From: an uncultured Aliarcobacter sp.
GTDB lineage: Bacteria; Campylobacterota; Campylobacteria; Campylobacterales; Arcobacteraceae
Reading direction: 5' to 3'
Assembly: GCA_963677435.1 (NCBI GenBank)
Contig: OY781945.1
Coordinates: forward strand, 192,001-256,000
Length of the DNA stretch: 64,000 nt
A program made the translations under genes and the position numbers. The first letter of the stretch is position 1. Each line of letters starts with the position of its first letter. Under the pieces are notes generated by a model. That model had not been told where the DNA came from, ran no database searches, and saw only the letters and a program-made list of their open reading frames with translations. Shown in pieces: positions 29,510 through 39,530 of this stretch.

Positions 29510-31705
29510 ATGAAATATTTTTTACTATTTAGCATACTTTTTTTTAACTACTTATTTGCCGATCAACAAAAGGAAGTATTATTAATTCATTCATATCACA
29601 AAGGATATATCTGGACAGATGATATTTCTAAAGCCATCGAAAAAAAATTTGACGAATATAACAACATAGAATTAACAACTGTTTATATGGATACTAAAAG
29701 AATAGATAGCTCTTCTTATTTATATAATCTTTCAAAACTTTATAAACAACAATTTGATGGCAGAAAATTTGATTTAATACTTGTAAGTGACAATAATGCT
29801 TTTGATTTTATGATTAAATATCATGATTCTTTATTTAAAGATATTCCTGTTTTGTTTTGTGGGATTAATAACTTTGACAAAGTTCTTTTGGGTGAAAATG
29901 ATATGTATAAATATATGTCAGGGACAGCAGAAGAGGTTGATCTTGAAAAGAATTTTGAATTAATTTCAAATATGCATCCAAATTTAAAAAATTTATTGAT
30001 AATAAATGATACTTCAGCAACTGGTTATGCAGTAAAAAGAGATTTAAATCCAATTATTCAGAAATATAAAAAGAAATTTAATATTGAATATACAGACAAT
30101 CTAGAAATCAAAAACTTACAAACAAAAGTCTCTGAATTAGATAAAGAGAATAGTGTTATCTTATTTGTACTTTTGTTTAAAGATACAGCTGGAAAATATT
30201 TTACCTACAAACAAAGTTTTGAAGAGGTAAAAAAAGTAAGTCAAGTTCCAATTTACGGACTTTGGGATTTTTACTTAAAAAGTGGAATAGTTGGGGGATT
30301 ATTAACTTCTGCCACAGCACAAGGTGAAACTGTTGCTAAAATGGCTTTAGAAGTTTTAAATGGTAAAAAGATTTCAGATATTCCTATTTTAGAAAAATCA
30401 CCAAATTTATATATGTTCAATTATGATGAATTAAAAAGATTTAATTTATCTATACCTGAGTTTATTGATAATCCAATAATCATAAATGAACCATCTACTA
30501 TATATAAAGAGCACACAAAGTTTTTTATTGGAACTATTTTGATAATTTTGATATTAAGTATAATTGTAGTTATTTTAAGAGCAAATATAATAAGAAGAGA
30601 AAAACTTGAATTAGAACTTTCAAATAGAATTGAATTTGATAAAGTTCTACTTGATACAATCCCTAATCCTTTATATTATAAAAACATTGAGGGGAAATTT
30701 TTAGGATGTAATACAAGTTTTGCTTCATTAGTTAATTCATCAAGAAATGAAGTAATTGGAAAAACAGCTTTTGATTTTTTTCCATATAAAATTGCTAGTG
30801 AAAATACAGCAAGAGATAAAGAGTTATTACAAACTTTTAGCACAAGTACTTCTGAATTTACTTTTTATACAGCATCAAATGAGATGAAGCATATTATTTT
30901 AAATAAAGCTGTTTATAAAAATATTGATGGAAGTGTTGGTGGAATTGTTTGTATTATGGATGACATAACAGAAAGAATTCAACAAAAACAGTTTTTAATT
31001 CAACAAAGTAAACTAGCAGAAATGGGTGATATGATAGCAGCCATTGCTCACCAATGGAATGAACCACTTGTTGAGTTATCAGCACTTGTTCAAGATATTC
31101 AAACTTCATATTTATTAAAAGAGTTAAAAGATGATGAGGTAAAAGAGTTTGTTAATGACTCAATGATTCAAATAAAATATATGTCAAGAACACTTAATGA
31201 TTTTAGAAATTTCTTAAAACCATCAACAAAGAAAAAACTCTTTTCGATTTCAAAATCATTTAGTGAAATTAATGAGATAATTGGAAAACAAGTATTTTAT
31301 TCAAATATTAAAATGAATTTTAATTATAAAAATGAAAATGAAGAGTTACTTGTTTATGGCTATGAAAATGAGTTTAAACAAGTTTTATTAAATATCATTA
31401 ATAATGCAAAAAATAAAATTGTAGATAAAAATTTACCTGTAAATAAAAAAGGTAATATAAATATAAATATTCAAAGATGTCAAAATTTCAATACAATAGA
31501 AATAATTGATGATGCAGGCTCAATTGATGAAAAAATTATAAATTCAATATTTGAACCATACTTTACAACAAAAGCAGATGGAACTGGGCTTGGACTTTAT
31601 ATGGCAAAAGTAATAATAGAAGAAAAAATGAGAGGTACTATTAACGCTAAAAATGATGGCGATAATGTAATTTTTACAATAAAACTTCCTCACAAAAAGG
31701 CTTAA
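29510..31705 (+). CDS. Sensor histidine kinase (periplasmic ABC-type binding domain, TM, PAS, HisKA, HATPase)
   Basis: VLLIHSYH periplasmic domain, TM, PAS (LLDTIPNP..GCN), AIAHQW, QVLLNIINNA, GTGLGLY. Confidence 0.92.
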   Translation: MKYFLLFSILFFNYLFADQQKEVLLIHSYHKGYIWTDDISKAIEKKFDEYNNIELTTVYMDTKRIDSSSYLYNLSKLYKQQFDGRKFDLILVSDNNAFDFMIKYHDSLFKDIPVLFCGINNFDKVLLGENDMYKYMSGTAEEVDLEKNFELISNMHPNLKNLLIINDTSATGYAVKRDLNPIIQKYKKKFNIEYTDNLEIKNLQTKVSELDKENSVILFVLLFKDTAGKYFTYKQSFEEVKKVSQVPIYGLWDFYLKSGIVGGLLTSATAQGETVAKMALEVLNGKKISDIPILEKSPNLYMFNYDELKRFNLSIPEFIDNPIIINEPSTIYKEHTKFFIGTILIILILSIIVVILRANIIRREKLELELSNRIEFDKVLLDTIPNPLYYKNIEGKFLGCNTSFASLVNSSRNEVIGKTAFDFFPYKIASENTARDKELLQTFSTSTSEFTFYTASNEMKHIILNKAVYKNIDGSVGGIVCIMDDITERIQQKQFLIQQSKLAEMGDMIAAIAHQWNEPLVELSALVQDIQTSYLLKELKDDEVKEFVNDSMIQIKYMSRTLNDFRNFLKPSTKKKLFSISKSFSEINEIIGKQVFYSNIKMNFNYKNENEELLVYGYENEFKQVLLNIINNAKNKIVDKNLPVNKKGNININIQRCQNFNTIEIIDDAGSIDEKIINSIFEPYFTTKADGTGLGLYMAKVIIEEKMRGTINAKNDGDNVIFTIKLPHKKA

Positions 31706-31707
31706 AA

Positions 31708-32352
31708 ATGAAAATTTTACTTTTAGAAGATAATAAAAAACTAAATGAGACCATTACAAAAAGATTAAAATTAAAAAACTACAATGTAATCTCCTTTACA
31801 GATGGGGCTGATGCTTATGAAAAAATCACAGAGGGTTTTTCTTGTTTTATTTTAGATATAAATGTTCCAAATGTTGATGGTATTAATATTTTAAAAAAAA
31901 TAAGAGAATATTACAAAATTGTGCCAGTTATTATCATAAGTGGAAGTGTTGAATTGGATATTATAAAACAATCTTACGATTTTGGTTGTAATGATTATTT
32001 GAAAAAACCTTTTTTTATTGATGAACTAGAAATAAAAATAGAAAAACTTTGTAATATTGAAGACAAAAATATCTATTTTGATGAAAATTCATATTTTGAC
32101 TTCAAATCAGCTACAGTTGTAATTGATAATAAAGAGATAAGATTAACAAAAAAAGAAAAACTTTTAATGAATTTATTTCTTAGTAAAAAAAATCAAGTTT
32201 TAACTTATGAAACAATAGAGAACTATGTATGGGAGGGGAGTTTCGTCTCTTTGGAATCAATACGAAGTTTAATAAGAAGATTGAGAAAATTATTAGATAA
32301 AGAGTATATTCAAACAGTAGTTGACACCGGTTATATTTTTAAAATAAGCTAA
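31708..32352 (+). CDS. OmpR-family response regulator
   Basis: ILLLED, LDINVP, DYLKKPF, winged helix (RSLIRRLRK..IQTVVDTGY). Confidence 0.93.
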   Translation: MKILLLEDNKKLNETITKRLKLKNYNVISFTDGADAYEKITEGFSCFILDINVPNVDGINILKKIREYYKIVPVIIISGSVELDIIKQSYDFGCNDYLKKPFFIDELEIKIEKLCNIEDKNIYFDENSYFDFKSATVVIDNKEIRLTKKEKLLMNLFLSKKNQVLTYETIENYVWEGSFVSLESIRSLIRRLRKLLDKEYIQTVVDTGYIFKIS

Positions 32353-32354
32353 AA

Positions 32355-32387
32355 TATCATATCATTATCATTCCGTAAGGTTAAAAT
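32355..32387 (+). promoter_or_regulatory. Putative response-regulator direct repeat plus -10 box upstream of the TRAP operon
   Basis: TATCAT-N5-TATCAT-N10-TAAAAT. Confidence 0.55.
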
Positions 32388-32417
32388 TTAAAACTAACAA
32401 ATCTAAGGAGAAATGAA

Positions 32418-33485
32418 ATGTTAAAATTTACGACGAAATTACTTGTTACATCTGCACTTATTGCAGGTCTATCAACAGTTGCAAGTGCTGCTGACAAGGT
32501 TATTAAATGGAAGCTTGCTACAACATGGGGTTCAACACTTACACCATTTATTGATGCACCGACAAATATGGCTAAACTTGTAGAAGAGATGTCTGATGGG
32601 AAATTCCAAATTAGAATTGATGCTGCAAATAAACATAAAGCACCACTTGGTATTTTAGATATGGTAAAAGGTGGTCAATATGAAATGGGTCACTCTGCTT
32701 CATATTACTGGAAAGGTAAAGATATCGAACTTTTACCATTTACAACAATGCCATTTGGTATGACTGCACCTGAGCAATATGCATGGTTCTACTATGGTGG
32801 TGGAATGGAATTAATGCAAAAAGCATATAAAAAACATGGTGTTTTATCATTCCCAGGTGGAAATACTGGTAACCAAATGGGTGGTTGGTTCAGAAAAGAA
32901 ATCAACACACTTGATGACTTAAAAGGTCTAAAAATGAGAATTCCAGGATTTGCTGGAGAAGTTATGGCAAAACTAGGATTATCAGTTACTAATATAGCTC
33001 CAGGTGAATTGTATACATCACTTGAAAGAGGAACTATTGATGCATTGGAATGGGTTGGCCCTGGAATGGATATCAATATGGGATTCCACAAAATTGCACC
33101 TTATTATTACACAGGTTGGCATGAACCAGCAACTGAATTACAATTTATGGTAAATGAAAAAGACTTTAATAAATTACCAAAAGATTATCAACAAATTTTA
33201 TTAACTGCAATGAGAGTAAGTGCATATGATATGTATATTCAAAATTATCATATGAGTAGTGAAGCTTGGGCAACAATGTTAACAGAATTCCCAAATATCA
33301 AAGTTAAAACTTTCCCAAAACTAGTTATGGATGCTATGAAAAAAGCAAATGATGAGTTATTAACTGAACTTAAAGCTGAATCTCCATTATTAAAAGAGAC
33401 TTTAGATTCTCAAGCTGCTTACCAAAAGAAAGCAAGAGAATGGACAAAAATGTCTGATTACTTATATTTAAAAGACAATTTATAA
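32418..33485 (+). CDS. dctP: TRAP substrate-binding protein (TakP-like), probably for lactate or 2-oxo/hydroxy acids
   Basis: Signal peptide, GNQMGGWF, LKMRIPG, ERGTIDALEWVGP; located in the lut/dld cluster. Confidence 0.9.
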   Translation: MLKFTTKLLVTSALIAGLSTVASAADKVIKWKLATTWGSTLTPFIDAPTNMAKLVEEMSDGKFQIRIDAANKHKAPLGILDMVKGGQYEMGHSASYYWKGKDIELLPFTTMPFGMTAPEQYAWFYYGGGMELMQKAYKKHGVLSFPGGNTGNQMGGWFRKEINTLDDLKGLKMRIPGFAGEVMAKLGLSVTNIAPGELYTSLERGTIDALEWVGPGMDINMGFHKIAPYYYTGWHEPATELQFMVNEKDFNKLPKDYQQILLTAMRVSAYDMYIQNYHMSSEAWATMLTEFPNIKVKTFPKLVMDAMKKANDELLTELKAESPLLKETLDSQAAYQKKAREWTKMSDYLYLKDNL

Positions 33486-33491
33486 AAACTT

Positions 33492-33517
33492 TCTAACTCT
33501 CTTTTACGAGAGTTAGA
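33492..33517 (+). terminator. Intercistronic stem-loop after dctP (partial terminator or mRNA stabiliser)
   Basis: TCTAACTCTC-N6-GAGAGTTAGA. Confidence 0.65.
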
Positions 33518-33597
33518 TTATCTAGCACTGAAATAAATCAAATAAATCTACCTTAATATGTTTATTTGAGTTATTTAAAATTACAAAAGGATTATAT

Positions 33598-34209
33598 ATG
33601 CTGTTAAAGCTTGAAAAAGGTTTTGATAAGTTTGCAGATATAATAGGATATTTCACTGCTTTTGTAATGGTACTAATGATATTAAATGTAACTTATGATG
33701 TTGTCATGAGATATTTTTTTAATACAGGTAGCATTGCAATGCAAGAGATGGAATGGCACCTATTTTCTGTGATTATACTATTAGGTATCTCTTACACTTT
33801 AAAAGAAGATGGACATGTAAGAGTTGATATTATTTATGATAGATTAACTGATAAAAAGAAAGCTAGAATAAATATGGCAGGAGTTGTTTTATTTATTCTT
33901 CCTGTTGCACTATTAATTGGAATTGAATCTATTCCTTATGTAGTAGAATCATTTGCATCAAATGAACAAAGTGGCGATCCAGGTGGCTTACCATATAGAT
34001 GGATAGTAAAATCTATGATTCCATTATCTTTTTTCCTATTAATTATCACATCAATTGGATTTTTTATTAAAAATTTAAATGTGTATAAAGGTCTTAGATC
34101 AATGGATGGATACAATTTAAAAGGTGAAATTGAGAATTTAAAAAATGAATTAAAACAACACAAACATCATGTTGTTGATTTAGAAGATACAAAAGGAGAG
34201 AACAAATGA
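33598..34209 (+). CDS. dctQ: TRAP small permease
   Basis: 4 TM segments, DVVMRYFF, QEMEWHL, GHVRVD. Confidence 0.92.
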   Translation: MLLKLEKGFDKFADIIGYFTAFVMVLMILNVTYDVVMRYFFNTGSIAMQEMEWHLFSVIILLGISYTLKEDGHVRVDIIYDRLTDKKKARINMAGVVLFILPVALLIGIESIPYVVESFASNEQSGDPGGLPYRWIVKSMIPLSFFLLIITSIGFFIKNLNVYKGLRSMDGYNLKGEIENLKNELKQHKHHVVDLEDTKGENK

Positions 34210-35567
34210 TAGGTATTGTTATGTTCTTCGCTTCATTAGTAATGTTATCTTTTGGTTTTCCAGTAGCATTTACTTTTGCAGCAGTATCTTTATTTTTTGG
34301 AATAATGGCTGGTATTCTTGAAGTTGGTTTTGACAATGGAATACTAGATGGTTTAGTTGATGGTTTAGATGAAGGTCTAGCAATGTTTGACTTTATGCCT
34401 TATAGAATTATGTCTATAATGCAAAATACAATATTAATGGCTGTTCCTATGTTTATTTTCATGGGGATAATCTTACAAAAAACAGGACTTGCTGAAAAAT
34501 TACTTGAATCAATGGCTTTTCTTTTTGGGGAAGTTAGAGGTGGAGTTGCAATTTCTACAGTTTTAGTTGGAACTTTACTTGCTGCATCAACAGGAGTTGT
34601 TGGAGCATCAGTTGTTGCAATGGGTGTTATTTCACTTCCCGTTATGATGAAATATAAGTATAATCTTCCACTAGCAACTGGAACTATTTGTGCTTCTGGA
34701 ACATTAGGACAAATTATTCCACCATCAATTGTATTAATTATTTTAGGTGATGTATTCCAAGTTCCTGTTGGTGATTTATTCTCTGCTGCTGTTTGGCCAG
34801 GGCTTACACTTGTTGCAGCATACATTATATTTATATTAATTGTGTCTTATTTCAAAAAAGATATGGCACCAGCAATTCCAAAAGATCCATCTAGAGGAAA
34901 TAAAACTAAACAAGTAATTTCAGCTTTAATAGCAATTATTCCATCTTTAACACTTATTATAATGGTTTTAGGTTCAATATTTGCAGGTGTTGCAACTCCT
35001 ACTGAATCTTCAGCAGTTGGTTGTATTGGAGCTATGTTACTAGCTATTTTATATAGATCTTTTTCAATAGGTATGGTAAAAGAAGCAGCTTTTGAATCAG
35101 TTAAAATTACTTCAATGGTTTTTGGTATTTTAATTGGGGCAACTGCATTTTCTATGGTATTTACTTATACAGGTGGTGATCAATTAGTTGAACACTTTAT
35201 GATGAATTTACCAGGTGATGAGAAATTCGGATTTATATTATTTACAATGTTAGCAATATTTATTTTAGGATTCTTTATTGATTTCGTTGAGATTTCATAT
35301 ATTATTGTTCCTATTCTTGTACCTATTGCTACAAATTTAGATATTAGTCCTATTTGGTTTGCAATATTAATTGCAATGAATTTACAAACATCGTTCTTAA
35401 CACCTCCATTTGGTTTCTCCCTTTTCTACTTAAAAGGAGTTGTACCTGCTAGTGTTAGAACTGTTGATATTTATAAAGGTGTTCTTCCATTTATTATTAT
35501 TCAAATATTTGTATTAATGCTAATTGTCTTTTATCCAGAAGTTTTTGGAATAAATCCAAAACTATAA
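34206..35567 (+). CDS. dctM: TRAP large permease
   Basis: GTLGQIIPPS, ATPTES, NLQTSFLTPPFG. Confidence 0.94.
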   Translation: MIGIVMFFASLVMLSFGFPVAFTFAAVSLFFGIMAGILEVGFDNGILDGLVDGLDEGLAMFDFMPYRIMSIMQNTILMAVPMFIFMGIILQKTGLAEKLLESMAFLFGEVRGGVAISTVLVGTLLAASTGVVGASVVAMGVISLPVMMKYKYNLPLATGTICASGTLGQIIPPSIVLIILGDVFQVPVGDLFSAAVWPGLTLVAAYIIFILIVSYFKKDMAPAIPKDPSRGNKTKQVISALIAIIPSLTLIIMVLGSIFAGVATPTESSAVGCIGAMLLAILYRSFSIGMVKEAAFESVKITSMVFGILIGATAFSMVFTYTGGDQLVEHFMMNLPGDEKFGFILFTMLAIFILGFFIDFVEISYIIVPILVPIATNLDISPIWFAILIAMNLQTSFLTPPFGFSLFYLKGVVPASVRTVDIYKGVLPFIIIQIFVLMLIVFYPEVFGINPKL

Positions 35568-35597
35568 TAGTAAAAGAGGGGAAAGCCTCTTTTACTA
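35568..35597 (+). terminator. Intrinsic terminator after dctM
   Basis: TAGTAAAAGAGG-N6-CCTCTTTTACTA. Confidence 0.8.
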
Positions 35598-35614
35598 CAT
35601 AATTGAGAAGTAAA

Positions 35615-35737
35615 ATGAAAACTTGCAAATACTTTTTAGAACTAATCTTCAATATCATATATAAAATCAAAGATAAAATGTTTGCTTTTATATATGATCC
35701 TCAACAAAGAATATACACAGTACCCAGACTAGAGTAA
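35615..35737 (+). CDS. Possible 40-aa small ORF upstream of the dehydrogenase gene
   Basis: MKTCKYFLELIFNIIYKIKDKMFAFIYDPQQRIYTVPRLE*; only a weak RBS (GAGAAG). Confidence 0.3.
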   Translation: MKTCKYFLELIFNIIYKIKDKMFAFIYDPQQRIYTVPRLE

Positions 35738-35782
35738 CAATTTATTTATTTTTCATAAACAAAAAAATAAAAAAGGATAAAA

Positions 35783-38620
35783 ATGTTAGATAGTAAATAC
35801 CAAAAATTTTACGATGAAATCGTAAAGAAAATTGAAAAAGAAAAAATCTTCACAGATAAACTTCACACACTGGCTTATGGAACAGATGCTTCGTTCTATA
35901 GATTAATTCCAAAAATTGTAATTAAAACAGATAATGCAAAAGAGGTACAAGATATTATTGAATTATCAAATTCAATGAATTTAAGCATAACTTTTAGAGC
36001 AGCTGGAACATCACTATCTGGTCAAGCAATTAGTGATTCAATATTAATCATCACATCAAGAAAATTTTCAGACTTCAAGATTTCACCAGATGCTAGTTTT
36101 ATCTCACTTCAACCAGCACTTACAGGTGCACAAGCAAATGGATTATTAGCAAGATATTCTAAAAAAATCGGACCAGATCCAGCTAGTATTAATGCTGCTA
36201 TGATTGGTGGAATTGCTGCAAATAATGCTTCAGGAATGTGTTGTGGAATTTCACAAAATTCATATAAAACACTAAAATCAATGAAGTTAATTTTTGCAGA
36301 TGGAGCAAAACTTGACACAGGATGTAATGAAAGCAAAGAAGCATTTAGAAAAACTCATGGAGAATTTCTAAAAAGTCTAAAAAGTTTCTCTGATGATACA
36401 AAAAATAATGAAGAACTAAGAGCAAAAATTGAGCGAAAATTTAAAATCAAAAATACTTGTGGTTACTCATTAAATTCATTAATTGATTTTGATGATGAAT
36501 TTGAAATATTAGAGCATTTAATCATTGGAAGTGAGGGAACTTTAGCATTTATTGAAGAGATTACATATTACACAGTTGAAGATTTAAAAGATAAAGCTAG
36601 TTCACTTATTTATTTTAAAGATATGAATGAAGCATGTTCTGCGGTTACAAAATTAAAACTTGCAAAAGATGCAAATAAAATCACTGTTGATGCTGTTGAG
36701 TTAATGGATAGAGCAGGTTTAAAAAGTATTGAAAACGATCCCGCAATGCCAGAGTTTATAAAAGATTTAGATGAAAATGTAACAGCACTTTTAATAGAAA
36801 CAAGAGCAATTAGTGATGCACAATTAGATATTCAAACAGCACAAATTGAAGAGATATTAAAAGAGTTTACAGTTGTAAGAGATATTTATTTCACAAAAGA
36901 TGTAGCAGAATATACACTTTATTGGAAAATCAGAAAAGGTTTATTTCCAGCAGTTGGAGCCGTAAGAGTTACAGGAACAACTGTAATTATAGAAGATGTT
37001 GCATATCCTATTGAATGCTTAGCAGAAGCAACACTTGAACTTCAAGAACTATTTAAAAAACATGGTTACTCAGAAGCTTTAATTTTTGGTCATGCCCTTG
37101 AGGGAAATTTCCACTTTGTATTTACTCAAGATTTCTCAGATCCAAAAGAGATAAAAAGATATGATGATTTAATGAACGAAGTTGTTCACTCAGTTGCCGT
37201 TAAATATCAAGGAAGTCTAAAAGCAGAACACGGAACAGGAAGAAACATGGCTGCATTTATAGAAGTAGAGTGGGGATATGATGCTTATATTATGATGAAA
37301 AAAATCAAATCATTATTTGACCCAAAAGGACTTTTAAATCCAGGTGTTATAATAAATGATGATGCACAAGCTCACTTAAAAAATCTAAAAACACTTCCAG
37401 CAACAAACGAAATTGTTGATAAATGTATTGAATGTGGATTTTGTGAACCAACATGTCCATCAAATGAACTTACTTTAACTCCAAGACAAAGAATTGTAAT
37501 TAATAGAGAAATTTCAAGACTTGAAAGTATTGGAAATAAAAAAGAAGCAAAAGAGTATAAAGATTTATACCAATATGATGGAATAGAAACTTGTGCAACT
37601 TGTAGTTTATGTTCAACTGCTTGTCCTGTAAAAATTGATACGGGAAGTTTAACAAAACATTTAAGAGCTGAACAAATCTCAACTACGGGAAAAGCAATTG
37701 CAAATTTTGTGGCAAATAATTTCTCAACAACACTTAAAGGTGTTAGGTTTGGACTTCATAGTGCAAACTTTATTCATAAAGTTCTAGGAACTCCAAGTAT
37801 GGAAACAATGACTAAAACATTTAGAGGTTTTAGTAGTTCAATTCCTAAATGGAGTGTAACAATGCCTATAGGAACAAATATTGATTTAAATTTTGAACAA
37901 AAAGTAAGTGACAAAAAAGTAGTATATTTTCCTTCATGTCTAAATAGAAGTATGGGACTAAATGCTGTATCAAAAGAAGAAAAACAACTGTTTGAAACTA
38001 CTGTTGAATTATTATTAAAAGCTGGTTACCAAATACTATTCCCTGAAAATTTATCAAACTTATGTTGTGGTATGCCATTTTCATCAAAAGGTTTTGATGA
38101 AGCAGCACACACAAAATCATCTCAATTAGAACAAGCACTATTAAAAGTAAGTAATTCAGGAGAATATCCAGTATTATGTGACACAAGTCCTTGTACTAAA
38201 AAAATGATGGAAAGCTTTACAAAGAAAATTAACATTTATGAACCAATAGAATTTGCTTTAGAATTTTTAACAAAAGAGTTAGAATTCACAGCAATAAATG
38301 AAGCAATTACAATTCATACAACTTGTAGTTCAAGAAAAATGGGATTAGAAGATAAATTCAAAACTTTAGCATCATTGTGTTCAACAAATGTAATAATTCC
38401 AGCAGATGTAAAATGCTGTGGTTTTGCAGGTGATAGAGGATTTAATTTCCCTGAACTAAATAAATCAGCATTAACACATCTAAAAGAGCAAACAAAAGGT
38501 GCAAAAATGGCATTTTCAACATCTAAAACTTGTGAGATAGGACTAAGCGAAGAATCAGGATTAGACTACAACTCAATATTTTATTTAATTAATAAAGTAA
38601 CTAAAACTAAAACTTTATAA
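35783..38620 (+). CDS. dld: FAD- and Fe-S-dependent D-lactate dehydrogenase (Dld-II type)
   Basis: TDASFYRLIP, RAAGTSLSGQA, KAEHGTGRN, CIECGFCEPTCP, CATCSLCSTACP, C-terminal CCG domains. Confidence 0.88.
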   Translation: MLDSKYQKFYDEIVKKIEKEKIFTDKLHTLAYGTDASFYRLIPKIVIKTDNAKEVQDIIELSNSMNLSITFRAAGTSLSGQAISDSILIITSRKFSDFKISPDASFISLQPALTGAQANGLLARYSKKIGPDPASINAAMIGGIAANNASGMCCGISQNSYKTLKSMKLIFADGAKLDTGCNESKEAFRKTHGEFLKSLKSFSDDTKNNEELRAKIERKFKIKNTCGYSLNSLIDFDDEFEILEHLIIGSEGTLAFIEEITYYTVEDLKDKASSLIYFKDMNEACSAVTKLKLAKDANKITVDAVELMDRAGLKSIENDPAMPEFIKDLDENVTALLIETRAISDAQLDIQTAQIEEILKEFTVVRDIYFTKDVAEYTLYWKIRKGLFPAVGAVRVTGTTVIIEDVAYPIECLAEATLELQELFKKHGYSEALIFGHALEGNFHFVFTQDFSDPKEIKRYDDLMNEVVHSVAVKYQGSLKAEHGTGRNMAAFIEVEWGYDAYIMMKKIKSLFDPKGLLNPGVIINDDAQAHLKNLKTLPATNEIVDKCIECGFCEPTCPSNELTLTPRQRIVINREISRLESIGNKKEAKEYKDLYQYDGIETCATCSLCSTACPVKIDTGSLTKHLRAEQISTTGKAIANFVANNFSTTLKGVRFGLHSANFIHKVLGTPSMETMTKTFRGFSSSIPKWSVTMPIGTNIDLNFEQKVSDKKVVYFPSCLNRSMGLNAVSKEEKQLFETTVELLLKAGYQILFPENLSNLCCGMPFSSKGFDEAAHTKSSQLEQALLKVSNSGEYPVLCDTSPCTKKMMESFTKKINIYEPIEFALEFLTKELEFTAINEAITIHTTCSSRKMGLEDKFKTLASLCSTNVIIPADVKCCGFAGDRGFNFPELNKSALTHLKEQTKGAKMAFSTSKTCEIGLSEESGLDYNSIFYLINKVTKTKTL

Positions 38621-38691
38621 TCTTTTTTCCAACAAAACAGATATTTACCATTTTTTTGGTAAAATATCTGCTTTATGAAAAAGGAAAATCT

Positions 38692-39516
38692 ATGTACAAA
38701 CTTTTTTTAACTCTACTTGTAAGTTCAGGAATATCATTTGCAGGTATGATAAATGGTGTTGCTTTAATTGTTAATGATGAACCAATTACATTATATGATA
38801 TTGATAATACTATGTCAGTAAATAAAATAGGTAAAAACCAAGCTGTTGGATTACTAATAGATAAAGCTCTATATGAACAATCTATAAAAGAGAACAATAT
38901 CACAGCAGACATTTTTGAAATCAATGATTATATTGAAAAATTAGCTAATGCTAATGGTATGGATTTATATACATTTAAATCAGTGGTGAAGCAAAAATAT
39001 CCTGATTACTCACAATTTGAAAATGAAGCAAAAGATGCTGTAATTAGACAAAAACTAATTCAAAAAATTGTAAAAGGTCAACTTGCAATTGCTACAGAAG
39101 AAGATATGCAACTTTATTATGAAAAAAATAAAGAACAATTCTCAACTTCAAAATTTTATGAAGTAACACAGTATACATCTAAAAATAAAGCCTCTTTAAA
39201 TAATGCAATAAGAAACCCAATGGTAATTCCTTCTGATGTAGAAAGAACACCTATAAGATTGGCAAGTGATAAATTACAACCTCAAATGCAATATTTATTA
39301 AACGAAACTAAAACAAACAGTTTCACACCAATTTTTACAGCTAATAAACAATTTGTTTCTTTATTTGTTACAAGAAAAGAAGGAACAACTTCACTTAATT
39401 TTGAAAGTGTTAAAGCAAAAATATTTAATGACATGATGAGTTTAAGAGAAAAAAAATATCTAAAAGATTATTTTGAAAAACAAAAATTAACAGCTGATAT
39501 TAAAATAGTAAGATAA
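38692..39516 (+). CDS. SurA-like periplasmic chaperone / PPIase
   Basis: ATG 38692 behind AAGGA, signal peptide, VALIVNDEPITLYDI, C-terminal ADIKIVR. Confidence 0.8.
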   Translation: MYKLFLTLLVSSGISFAGMINGVALIVNDEPITLYDIDNTMSVNKIGKNQAVGLLIDKALYEQSIKENNITADIFEINDYIEKLANANGMDLYTFKSVVKQKYPDYSQFENEAKDAVIRQKLIQKIVKGQLAIATEEDMQLYYEKNKEQFSTSKFYEVTQYTSKNKASLNNAIRNPMVIPSDVERTPIRLASDKLQPQMQYLLNETKTNSFTPIFTANKQFVSLFVTRKEGTTSLNFESVKAKIFNDMMSLREKKYLKDYFEKQKLTADIKIVR

Positions 39517-39530
39517 AGGGAATATGAAAT

